Assembly: GCA_013287605.1 (NCBI GenBank)
Contig: JABDDM010000002.1
Coordinates: 1,145-65,144 of the forward strand
Length of the DNA: 64,000 nucleotides
Direction: 5' to 3'
From: Ignavibacteria bacterium
GTDB taxonomy: Bacteria; Bacteroidota; Ignavibacteria; Palsa-1295
Every line of letters begins with the position of its first letter. Positions within the stretch are counted from its first letter, which is position 1. The translations under genes and the position numbers were made by a program. Positions 39,489 to 48,382 of the stretch are shown piece after piece. The notes beneath the pieces are model-generated. The model ran no database searches and was not told the DNA's origin. It saw only the letters and a list, made by a program, of their open reading frames with translations.

Positions 39489-40106
39489 ATGGCATTTCAA
39501 CAGGAATATCTGCTCTTGTCGGATGAAGAGCTCGTCGTGCTCTTTCATAATGGAGAACGGCACGGCAGCTTTACGGTAATCGTAGAACGCTATCAGAAGC
39601 GAATCTACTATGCCGCCAGACGGATGATGGATGGCGATCATGATGAGGCCGATGAGGTCTCGCAGGATACCTTCGTCAAGGCGTACGAAGCTTTGGGTAG
39701 TTTTCGCGGCGATGCGAAGCTCTATACCTGGTTGTATCGGATCATGATGAACGCTGTGATTCAGCGTTCGCGCAAGAAGAAGTCGCGGAAGACCGTCGGA
39801 CTTGAGGGCATCGAGAATACAGTTGAAACCGGTGAGCTTTCCGCACACGACAGACTCGAACAGCGAGAGACGACACGGATCATTGAAAAAGCGATCGAGA
39901 TACTACCTAAGAAACAGCGCGAGGTTTTTCTCATGAGGTTCTACGATGAACTTCCGTATGAAGAGATCGCACGGCTGACCGGGACCAGCGTCGGCGGATT
40001 GAAGGCAAATTACTTTCACGCGGTCAAGAAGATCGGCGAGTATTTGCATCAGTATGGGAAGATCGCACCGGAGTTTTTGGCTGCGTTCGAACAGCCGAAT
40101 AATTGA
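39489..40106 (+). CDS. ECF RNA polymerase sigma factor
   Basis: DEVSQDTFVKAY, FRGDAKLYTWLYRI, LPKKQREVF, YEEIA. Confidence 0.96.
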   Translation: MAFQQEYLLLSDEELVVLFHNGERHGSFTVIVERYQKRIYYAARRMMDGDHDEADEVSQDTFVKAYEALGSFRGDAKLYTWLYRIMMNAVIQRSRKKKSRKTVGLEGIENTVETGELSAHDRLEQRETTRIIEKAIEILPKKQREVFLMRFYDELPYEEIARLTGTSVGGLKANYFHAVKKIGEYLHQYGKIAPEFLAAFEQPNN

Positions 40107-40127
40107 GTGAGGCGCACAGCAGATACG

Positions 40128-40769
40128 ATGAACACGCACGAAGAACAGGATGATGAGCGGTTAAAGCCGATCTTGAACGAGATCCGCAAAGCCGGCGCGC
40201 CCTATTCTGACGAACCGGATCCCCGCTATTGGGCGAACTTCCGCGTCCGAGTCATGGAGCGTGTCGAGCAGGCAGAAGCCGCGCACCGGCCTGTTGGTCA
40301 GCGCATTTGGGAATGGATCACCGAGCGCCCCCTTCGTTCAGGCCTTATCGGTTTTTCGACAGCGGCACTCGTGATCGTAAGCGTTCTGATGAACCCCTTC
40401 ACAAATGGTAAGCGCGACGTTGCCGTGCTTCAGCAACCGCCTATTGTTTTGCATCACGATTCTGCTTCGTCCGGGACAGTGCCCGTCACGCCGATCGCTC
40501 CATCGCATGTTTCTCCTTCGGACGTTCAGGTGCAGAAGGATATGGCAGCGACGAACAAGGCCGTTAAGAAGATGCTTCGGTCGCATGAATACACGCAGCA
40601 TCTCAGACATTCTGTGGAGTCGTCTGAGCAGACAAAGATGGCTGAACTTGAACCAGCCGAGAGTGTCTCGACTGTTACTACAGCCGATTCCGATCTGCCT
40701 GTCAGTTTGAATGACCTGTCCGAATCCCAACTGGAGAGTGTACTCCATTCGCTTGAATCGACCAAGTAA
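40128..40769 (+). CDS. Putative membrane anti-sigma factor
   Basis: Directly after the ECF gene; PDPRYWANF..RV, single TM, low-complexity tail. Confidence 0.75.
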   Translation: MNTHEEQDDERLKPILNEIRKAGAPYSDEPDPRYWANFRVRVMERVEQAEAAHRPVGQRIWEWITERPLRSGLIGFSTAALVIVSVLMNPFTNGKRDVAVLQQPPIVLHHDSASSGTVPVTPIAPSHVSPSDVQVQKDMAATNKAVKKMLRSHEYTQHLRHSVESSEQTKMAELEPAESVSTVTTADSDLPVSLNDLSESQLESVLHSLESTK

Positions 40770-40794
40770 GGATGCCCAAAGTTTTTGAGAACAG

Positions 40795-41397
40795 ATGAAA
40801 ACGACACTTTTATTTTCCATTGTGCTTGCCGCGCTTCTTAGCGTGCAGTGGGTTATGCCCATGTCGATACTCGCACAGACGACGAATTCAATTGATACCG
40901 CGCAACGGGGAATGCTGCGTCGGCCCGATCCAGCAAGGCTCGAAGCGCTTAAGGCAAAGATCGAAGAATTGAAATATCAGAGAATCAAGACCTCGCTGGG
41001 ATTGGACGATGAGCAAGCCAGAAAATTCTTTGAACAGTACAAGCCAGTGGAGCGCGACATTCAGGAACTCGTTAAGAAGCGTAACGAGGCGATGAAAGCT
41101 TTGCAAGAAGCGACGAGCAGCGGAAAACCCAATGCTGAAATAGAGCCTAAGCTGAATGAGATTCGCGACCTCACTGCGGCAATACAGCAGCGACAAGTAC
41201 AGCTCGATCAAAACCTGAAGCCGATTCTCACGCCCGTGCAGCGTGCCCGACTCCTTGTATTCGAGCAGGAATTCAACCATCGCGTTCGCCAGCAGATCGA
41301 CAAGCGCAAATTCCTCAATAATCATCCGCTGATTCGCAACCGCCTGCAACAATTCAGATTACAGCGCCGCCTTCAAAAGAAGCTGAACCACCGCTGA
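40795..41397 (+). CDS. Spy/CpxP-like periplasmic protein
   Basis: Signal peptide; LGLDDEQ and ILTPVQRAR (LTxxQ) motifs. Confidence 0.8.
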   Translation: MKTTLLFSIVLAALLSVQWVMPMSILAQTTNSIDTAQRGMLRRPDPARLEALKAKIEELKYQRIKTSLGLDDEQARKFFEQYKPVERDIQELVKKRNEAMKALQEATSSGKPNAEIEPKLNEIRDLTAAIQQRQVQLDQNLKPILTPVQRARLLVFEQEFNHRVRQQIDKRKFLNNHPLIRNRLQQFRLQRRLQKKLNHR

Positions 41398-41414
41398 GCG
41401 GAACACGAGAATTC

Positions 41415-41443
41415 AAGGCCGGGATTTCATCCCGGCCTTTTTT
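41415..41443 (+). terminator. Rho-independent terminator
   Basis: AAGGCCGGGAT-ttc-ATCCCGGCCTT followed by a T run. Confidence 0.9.
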
Positions 41444-41484
41444 CATTTATGCGGGAGCGCCAGACACACTACCGCACACTCAGC

Positions 41485-42639
41485 ATGATCTATCTCGACA
41501 ATAGCGCTACTACCCCACTCGCACCAGAAGTGCGCGAGGCGATGGAGCCGTGGCTTGACAATGAATTCGGTAATGCCTCAAGCATCCATTCGATCGGACG
41601 AAGCGCGAAGGTTGCTCTTGAGGCCGCCCGCGAGATAATCGCGAATGCCATTGGCGCACGGCCGAGCGAAATTGTTTTTACTTCGAGTGGCACCGAAGCC
41701 AACAACGCTGCTATCGTCGGAAGCGTGATGCACGAAAAACTGAAGGGCACCGGATTTTCATCGCAGTCGATCATCACCTCAGCCGCCGAACATCATGCCG
41801 TGCTTGAGCCTGCGCAGTTTCTTGCGAAGCTTGGTGCAAGATCACTTGTATTGCCGGTTGATTCCGAAGGACGGTCTTTCCCAGAAGCAGTTGCCGGCTC
41901 GCTTGATGATTCTACGACGATCGTATCGATGATGCTCGTCAATAATGAGGTCGGGTCGATCAATCCGATTGCGGAGATCTCAGAAGTTGTCCATACAAAT
42001 TCTGGGGCGCTGATGCACACGGACGCGATACAAGCGCTCGGGAAGATGCCACTGAATGTCGGCGAATTGGGGGTTGATCTCGCTTCCTTTTCCGCTCACA
42101 AGATTCACGGACCGAAAGGCATTGGTGCACTCTTCGTAAAGAGCGGGACTGAACTCGAGCCGCTCGTACATGGTGGTGCACAAGAGCGAAACCGCCGTGG
42201 GGGCACGGAGCCGGTGGCGCTGGCTGTCGGCTTTGCACAAGCTGTGCGGCTGGCGGAGAAACGTCTCGCCGCGCAGCACTCGGAATTGGAAGCGCTCGGC
42301 CATTGGCTCCGAAGCGAACTCCTGGTGATCCCTGGTGTTACGATCAACTCACCGCAGGAACATTGGCTCCCTTCAATTATCAACTTTAGCTTTGCGCCGG
42401 AGTTACTTGACACGATTGATGGCGAAACGCTCATCATGCGATTCGATCTTGAAGGGATCGCAGTTTCGAACGGCGCTGCATGTACTTCCGGGACCGTTCA
42501 GCCTTCGCATGTGCTGCTTGCAATGGGCAAGGGAGATAAAGTCGCTGGAGCTTCAGTACGGATATCGCTCTCGCACGAAACGACGAAGACCGATCTCGAT
42601 CAATTCTTACAAGTACTTCGACGCATGATCAAACAATGA
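41485..42639 (+). CDS. iscS: Cysteine desulfurase (IscS/NifS family)
   Basis: IYLDNSATT, GNASSIH, SAHKIHGPKG, GAACTSG. Confidence 0.93.
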   Translation: MIYLDNSATTPLAPEVREAMEPWLDNEFGNASSIHSIGRSAKVALEAAREIIANAIGARPSEIVFTSSGTEANNAAIVGSVMHEKLKGTGFSSQSIITSAAEHHAVLEPAQFLAKLGARSLVLPVDSEGRSFPEAVAGSLDDSTTIVSMMLVNNEVGSINPIAEISEVVHTNSGALMHTDAIQALGKMPLNVGELGVDLASFSAHKIHGPKGIGALFVKSGTELEPLVHGGAQERNRRGGTEPVALAVGFAQAVRLAEKRLAAQHSELEALGHWLRSELLVIPGVTINSPQEHWLPSIINFSFAPELLDTIDGETLIMRFDLEGIAVSNGAACTSGTVQPSHVLLAMGKGDKVAGASVRISLSHETTKTDLDQFLQVLRRMIKQ

Positions 42640-43591
42640 TCTCCCATGATCGCGGCGCAAGCTCAACATGTCGCTCTAGTGCATCAATCGCAATTCCATA
42701 ACGCAAGCCACGCGTGCTGACTGTGACGAATTCAATCCCGAAGATCTCCATCGTCTCCAACAAGATCAAGCTACCGGCAAGCAGTATATCCGCGCGACCC
42801 TTCAAGATCACAGGATAACGTCGCATCATTTCTTCGATACTCGTCACTGCCATTTCGTCGACGAACCGATTAACGGCATCCTTTCGAAGCACATGACCTT
42901 GCACTAGCGCCGCGTCGAACACCTTCAAACCAAGCTCCATTGCGGCAAGCGACGTCGGCGTACCCGCGACTGCCACGAACGGAATTCCCCTAAGAGGCTC
43001 CTTAACATTCTCGATAATTGCTTCACGAATATCCTGCCTGGCTGAAGTCACATCGTGAGGAGCTGGCTTGCCGAAATATCGTTCGGTCATCCTGACTGCA
43101 CCGACATCGATGCTCTGGCCTTGCAGGAACAGGCCATTCGCTCCTATCGCGATCTCCGTGCTTCCGCCACCAACGTCGAGCACCGCGACCTTCTCCTCAC
43201 TCATCTTCATGCCTGCCAGCGCCCCGCGATACGTCAGCTCTGCTTCTTTTGATCCTGAGATGATCTGGATATCGATACCAAGATCATGCTTCGCGCGATA
43301 CAAGATGTTGCCGCGATTCTGGGCATCTCGCAGCGCACTTGTTCCTACTGCGGCGATCTCATTGACACTAAGTGTCGAGAGCGCGAGAAGATGCTCTTTG
43401 ATCACCTTCACAAAACGATCGTAGGCAGCATCCGAAATGATGTGGGTTTTGTCGACGCCTTCGCCGAGTCTGGCAATCGCATGTCGATCAGCGATTACTT
43501 TCGCGGATGCCTCGCTTTGAGATTCAAGGACCAGACACAAGGCAGTGTTCGTGCCGATATCGAACGCGGCTACGCGATACTTATCCGGCAT
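42629..43591 (-). CDS. ppx: Ppx/GppA phosphatase
   Basis: DIGTNT, TSALRDA.N, DVGGGSTE, RADILLAG, GLRYG. Confidence 0.92.
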   Translation of the reverse strand: MPDKYRVAAFDIGTNTALCLVLESQSEASAKVIADRHAIARLGEGVDKTHIISDAAYDRFVKVIKEHLLALSTLSVNEIAAVGTSALRDAQNRGNILYRAKHDLGIDIQIISGSKEAELTYRGALAGMKMSEEKVAVLDVGGGSTEIAIGANGLFLQGQSIDVGAVRMTERYFGKPAPHDVTSARQDIREAIIENVKEPLRGIPFVAVAGTPTSLAAMELGLKVFDAALVQGHVLRKDAVNRFVDEMAVTSIEEMMRRYPVILKGRADILLAGSLILLETMEIFGIEFVTVSTRGLRYGIAIDALERHVELAPRSWEIIV

Positions 43592-44456
43592 ACTTCATGA
43601 GCAGCGCCGACCACTCGTGCTCGCGAAGCTCTTCGACCAGTTGATAACCGAGCGAGCGATACTCCTCAGCAACTTCAGCAGAATCGTAGACCAATAAACC
43701 CGAAAGAATCAGCGTTGAACCGGGAAGCGAGTGAGATGCGATCTCTTCTGAAGATTCGATCAGGATGTTGCGATGAATGTTGGCGAGGATGAGATCAAAT
43801 TTATCCTCGCTATCAATCGTGCTGGCAAGATTGCCGCAAAAGACTGTGAATCGATCGGCCGCAAGACCATTCAGATCCCGATTCTCTTCAACATTTTCGA
43901 CGGCCCAATCGTCTGTGTCGATCCCGATCGCTCGCGCTGCGCCGCGCATGAGCGCGTAGATAGCCAGCACACCTGAGCCGGTGCCAACATCAAGCACTGA
44001 CATTTTTTTGACGTTAACCTTCTCGATCGCTCGCAAGCAAAGCCTCGTCGTCTCATGATGACCCGTCCCGAAACTCATCTTCGGATCGATCACGATCAAA
44101 TACTTTGAATCGAGATGCTCGGCCTCCTCTTCCTTCCACGATGGAGCGATGACAAGATCGTCCGTGACTCGCACAGGCTCAATGCCGGCCTCCCACTCTG
44201 CATTCCAGTCTTTCTCTTCGATCGGCTCAACGGACCGAAGTTCAACTGGCGATGGAAGCATCGAGACAAACTCGGAGAGCTCATCCTGCAGTTCTGGAGT
44301 CCACTCGCCGATCGGAATGAAATATCGGACGTCACCTTCCTGCGTCTCTTCGAGGCCTTCGAGTGTCGTCTGTGTCAGCATGAACCCTTGCAGCGAGTCC
44401 TGCACGTCGAGCGGCACACGAAAGGTTAAGGCGAGAGTGCGAGGAGCTTTTGTCAC
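43581..44456 (-). CDS. prmA: Ribosomal protein L11 methyltransferase
   Basis: DWNAEW, DPKMSFGTGHHETT, LDVGTGSGVL, LANI. Confidence 0.96.
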   Translation of the reverse strand: MTKAPRTLALTFRVPLDVQDSLQGFMLTQTTLEGLEETQEGDVRYFIPIGEWTPELQDELSEFVSMLPSPVELRSVEPIEEKDWNAEWEAGIEPVRVTDDLVIAPSWKEEEAEHLDSKYLIVIDPKMSFGTGHHETTRLCLRAIEKVNVKKMSVLDVGTGSGVLAIYALMRGAARAIGIDTDDWAVENVEENRDLNGLAADRFTVFCGNLASTIDSEDKFDLILANIHRNILIESSEEIASHSLPGSTLILSGLLVYDSAEVAEEYRSLGYQLVEELREHEWSALLMKYAG

Positions 44457-45490
44457 AGTGATCGGATGGAATTTGGCAGGCGTTCGTAGATCAGATATAG
44501 TAAAAGTCGGCCGACCTCATCGAGTGTTTTATCACTAACGTTGTTCGGAAGATCATGCGTCGTATGCCAATACTTGCGGTCCGGATCCTGGGTATGCGCG
44601 CCTACCAAATCACCGTCGATAATATCAACCGCAGGGATTCCGCCCTGAATGAATGGAAGATGATCGTCTTCGATCGTTGGACCCGCAATTTGTTTGAAAG
44701 TTGTGAGTCCCAGATCCTGCGCTGCTCTCCAGATCTCCGCAGTGAATTGCGGTGCTGACCTTTGCGAATTTCCTTCCGGCTTGAATTCCGCCTTTTTGTC
44801 ACCCACCATATCAAGCAGGATGGCGAAGCGTGGATTGTAGTCTGCGGGCTTCGTCTTCACAAAAAATTTCGCGCCGAGAAAATACTTATTGAGTTCGTCG
44901 ATCGAGGGCTTGCCATAATCTTCACCATCATCGAAGAGCAGATCAACGCCGATCGGCGGTGGATTGTCTTTCATTGCCTTTGCGAGTTCGAGCATGACGG
45001 CAGTCCCCGAGCCACCATCATTGGCGGCCGGCACAGGCTTATTTCGATTCGTTGAATCCTTATCCTCATCAGCCCACGGACGAGAATCCCAGTGGGTCAG
45101 GATCAGGATCCGATCTGTCGCCGAGGGATTGAATGACGCGACGACATTCGTCAAGTTCAAAGTCGAGCCGTCGTAGCCGGTTTCGGTAAATGGCTGGAGG
45201 CTAACGGCGCTGGTGTACTTCGCGAGCTCCGTTTGGATATATTTCAGCTCATGGTCATGAGCTGCACTGTTCGGCACTCGTGGACCAAAGCTAACCTGCT
45301 GCACAACCGACTTCATCGCGGCTGCACCATCGAACGGAGGAGCCGTCTTCGCGACGAGCGGCGGCAGCGCCTTGGCTGGCCCATCGGCCGGTGGATTATC
45401 CGTCTTCTTAGAGCACGCGACTGCAACAAAAGCGAGAAGGGCAAGCGGAGGGAAAAGTAGCTTCCGCGGTAGTCGATTCAAAAATTGCAT
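44453..45490 (-). CDS. M28-family peptidase / glutaminyl cyclase-like lipoprotein
   Basis: Lipobox AVAC; FGPRVPNS, HWDSRP, ANDGGSG, DGED, DDHLPF, YWHT. Confidence 0.93.
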   Translation of the reverse strand: MQFLNRLPRKLLFPPLALLAFVAVACSKKTDNPPADGPAKALPPLVAKTAPPFDGAAAMKSVVQQVSFGPRVPNSAAHDHELKYIQTELAKYTSAVSLQPFTETGYDGSTLNLTNVVASFNPSATDRILILTHWDSRPWADEDKDSTNRNKPVPAANDGGSGTAVMLELAKAMKDNPPPIGVDLLFDDGEDYGKPSIDELNKYFLGAKFFVKTKPADYNPRFAILLDMVGDKKAEFKPEGNSQRSAPQFTAEIWRAAQDLGLTTFKQIAGPTIEDDHLPFIQGGIPAVDIIDGDLVGAHTQDPDRKYWHTTHDLPNNVSDKTLDEVGRLLLYLIYERLPNSIRSL

Positions 45491-45701
45491 CAAAAAATAG
45501 TACGCTGAAATTCGTCGTGAAAGGTGTGTAACAAAACGAGAGTAGGCAAGTTCTTTTATATGTCTCCGTTTGAGCACGGGACAATTAGCTTGGAAGCAAT
45601 GCTCTCTTGAGTGACCTTCCCGGTGAATAGAAGCACATCTGAAGATCTCGAGTAGCCTGGATGAACGATAACTTCATTCGGGCTCTCTCGTTTTATGGGG
45701 T

Positions 45702-45810
45702 CAGGGAACAGGGCACGGTAAACAGGGAACAGATAGGGATTGAAGGCGGGAGAGTGCAAAAACTTCGATCATCCCTCCCGCTGTTCCCTGTTCCCATTCC
45801 CTGTTCCCTG
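45702..45810. repeat. Inverted arrays of the CAGGGAA/TTCCCTG heptamer
   Basis: CAGGGAA-type units from 45702 and TTCCCTG-type units at 45781-45810. Confidence 0.75.
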
Positions 45811-45896
45811 AGCCCGTGTGTAAATGCGTTATTCATAATCCAAGATTCAACCTTCGATTTTGTGCTGAAAACGGCAATTCGCGATTGCCAAGCTTG

Positions 45897-45948
45897 GTGT
45901 GTGTGAAAACTTTATTCATAATTCCCCTTCGTATAGAAAACTAGTGGG
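45897..45948 (-). repeat. Intact 52-bp copy of the sequence interrupted by the IS1595 element
   Basis: Reverse complement matches 16580-16617 + 21248-21261 at 50/52. Confidence 0.92.
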
Positions 45949-45986
45949 GTGTTTTTGAGATCGACCCACATCCTAGACTCTGGGGA

Positions 45987-46082
45987 TGGATTCCCGCATT
46001 CGCGGGAATGACAAGATGGAGACTCTGTGGCGCTTCGCGCGTTACTCCCTGTTGATGTCATTCCCGCACAGGCGGGAATCCA
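45987..46082. repeat. Inverted REP-like doublet (GGATTCCCGC-N4-GCGGGAATGAC class)
   Basis: Units at 45987-46013 and 46056-46082 around GCGCTTCGCGC. Confidence 0.88.
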
Positions 46083-46106
46083 TGGGGAAGGAAGGATGCA
46101 ACTCGC

Positions 46107-46196
46107 GTGGGTCGGGCGTCTCGCCCGACCTAGGGTGGCGCGGGGTACTCTCTCTTGTTGCGACCTACCGGGAGTCGGGCGAGAGGCCCGACCGCT
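46107..46196. repeat. Inverted REP-like doublet (GTGG/GTAG class)
   Basis: GTGGGTCGGGCGTCTCGCCCGAC (46107-46129) and inverted near-copy at 46174-46196. Confidence 0.8.
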
Positions 46197-46460
46197 GAAG
46201 AGCGGAGAATTTGCCTACGCTACATAAAACGCATAATTATCCACCATCGTTCCCTTGGGAGAACGAATACCTCACGAGAATGAGCAGCTTTATGAACCAG
46301 ATCAATCTACAACCCTCGGAACTCACAATAGGGACACGATGTGTTCTTTTGCCAGCTTTCGACCCTGAGCGCAGGTTCGTCCCGAAACCCAACTCTCTCA
46401 CCGTCCATTGCACAAGATCACAAGTATTTGAGATGCCCAAAAACGTTATAATGAACTGGC

Positions 46461-48359
46461 ATGCCTGAATTTAGTCCGACTGAAGAGCAACGAAAAATTC
46501 TTGAGCACGATATGAGGCGTCATGCCAGGGTTAAAGCGGGCCCCGGCACAGGCAAAAGTGCTACGCTTGTTGCACTTCTCGACAAGTTGATCACTGAGGG
46601 CGCGACTGGAAGAATGAAGCTGTTGACATTCACTCGCGCTGCAACGGGCGAACTGCTTAAGAAGGTGTCGAGCCATCCCGCCGCCGCAGCTGAGCATCCG
46701 AGCACGATCCACTCCTTTGCAATATCAATCTTGCTTGCGAATCCTGGCGCTGGCAACTTCCCTGAGCCATTACGCATCGCGGATGACTGGGAATTTAACA
46801 ACGTGGTGCGACTAACACTCGCAAAGCGGCTTGGAATAAAGCAGAAACAACTCGACCGCCTAGTTAAAGAACTTGCCGCGAATTGGGAAGCGCTAAGGCC
46901 CCAAGATGATGCTGGCATCAGTGACGAGCTACGAAGCAGGTTTTTAGGAGCTTGGAATGAGCATCGCCTAATTTTTGGCTATGTGTTATTGCAAGAGTTG
47001 CCCTACGCCTTGAGGCACGCATTAGTAAATTATCCCGAGCTGCGAGGTATCGACTTCGATTTACTGATAGTCGATGAGTATCAAGACCTGAACTCATGTG
47101 ACCTCGATGTTATTCATTTGCTCTCACAACGAGGATGCTCGATTATTGGAGCAGGAGATGACGACCAATCGATATACCACTTTCGAAAAGCAGCGCCGGA
47201 AGGAATTCGAAGGTTTCTGACCGATTATCCTGGCGGAGAAGATTATGCGCTATCGATAACACAGCGTTGCGGAAGCCAAATCATTGAATGGGCCAACTAC
47301 GTTATCAGTGGTGATCCCGACCGGCCCCAACGAAATCCTCTCACTCCGGTTGCAGGATCACCGAGGGGGGAGTGCAAGCTTTTATCTTTTCGGAATCAGA
47401 GTGAAGAGATCGAGGGTGTAGCCGAACTCATCGAAAACCTTACTGAACAAGACGTAAAAGCATCTGACATCTTGGTCCTCCTCAGAAGTGATTATTACGG
47501 TATTTTTAGTAGACCTCTCAAAGGGGAGCTGAAGATAAGAAATATTCCGTGTTCTGAGGAAGACGCTGTTGAAAGGATGTTGCAAGAGCCCGACAATCGG
47601 CGCATTATGGAAGTTTTGAGGCTGGTTGAGAACGAAGAAGATTCCATCGCGTGGGCTTCACTTCTCAAGCTCAGCAAAAGAATTGGCATGTCATTTTTTG
47701 AGTATGTTTATGGTATCGCCAAGTCGAGGCGTGCGACTTTTGGAAAGACGCTCTTAGAGACCTACGGCTTTGGCTTCCCTGGAGCGCCATCCGCGTCGGC
47801 TTCGAAGGCAAAAGAATTTATCCGCCAAACGCTGAATTGGCTTAATACAAGAAGGGCTGACTTGCAGGAGCAAGAGCACTGGGGGGCGTCAATTTTGGAA
47901 CTCCCCGATGGGCTTGTGATCCCTCAGCCAAGCAAGGAATTTCAGGATTTGCTTCTCTCGCTCGATGAAATAGCAGACCCAGGCCAGAACTTGGGAAGGT
48001 ATTTGAGTCAGGTCATTCCTTTGGGAAAGGACATGATGCAGGCTACATGCGAAGGCGTGCGAATCATGAGCATGGGGGGCGCTAAGGGACTTACCGTCAG
48101 AGCCACGATAATGATGGCCTTAGAGGAAGGAATCGTACCTCGCCCAGAAGCCGATCTTGGGGAAGAGAGACGACTACTGTACGTTGCAATGACAAGGTCG
48201 AAGGAGTTCCTCTACGGAACATGGGCAAGAACGCGAACCGGCCCTACCGCGAGATCAGGGGAGGGCCAAGTTGGCGGCATACGTAACTACACACACTTTC
48301 TACAAGGCGGGCCTGTTGATTCAGAAGACGGGAAACGGTATCTCGCCACTCTGATTTAG
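46461..48359 (+). CDS. Accessory UvrD/Rep-like SF1 helicase (GajB-like)
   Basis: AGPGTGKS, TIHSF, DEYQD, GDDDQSIYHFR, AKGL, EERRLLYVAMTRSK. Confidence 0.92.
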   Translation: MPEFSPTEEQRKILEHDMRRHARVKAGPGTGKSATLVALLDKLITEGATGRMKLLTFTRAATGELLKKVSSHPAAAAEHPSTIHSFAISILLANPGAGNFPEPLRIADDWEFNNVVRLTLAKRLGIKQKQLDRLVKELAANWEALRPQDDAGISDELRSRFLGAWNEHRLIFGYVLLQELPYALRHALVNYPELRGIDFDLLIVDEYQDLNSCDLDVIHLLSQRGCSIIGAGDDDQSIYHFRKAAPEGIRRFLTDYPGGEDYALSITQRCGSQIIEWANYVISGDPDRPQRNPLTPVAGSPRGECKLLSFRNQSEEIEGVAELIENLTEQDVKASDILVLLRSDYYGIFSRPLKGELKIRNIPCSEEDAVERMLQEPDNRRIMEVLRLVENEEDSIAWASLLKLSKRIGMSFFEYVYGIAKSRRATFGKTLLETYGFGFPGAPSASASKAKEFIRQTLNWLNTRRADLQEQEHWGASILELPDGLVIPQPSKEFQDLLLSLDEIADPGQNLGRYLSQVIPLGKDMMQATCEGVRIMSMGGAKGLTVRATIMMALEEGIVPRPEADLGEERRLLYVAMTRSKEFLYGTWARTRTGPTARSGEGQVGGIRNYTHFLQGGPVDSEDGKRYLATLI

Positions 48360-48382
48360 TATTCATCCCGCACATTTCATCA

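Noticed and set aside
46461..48359. Complete Gabija system
   Set aside because: No OLD-family ATPase-TOPRIM (GajA) gene is adjacent.
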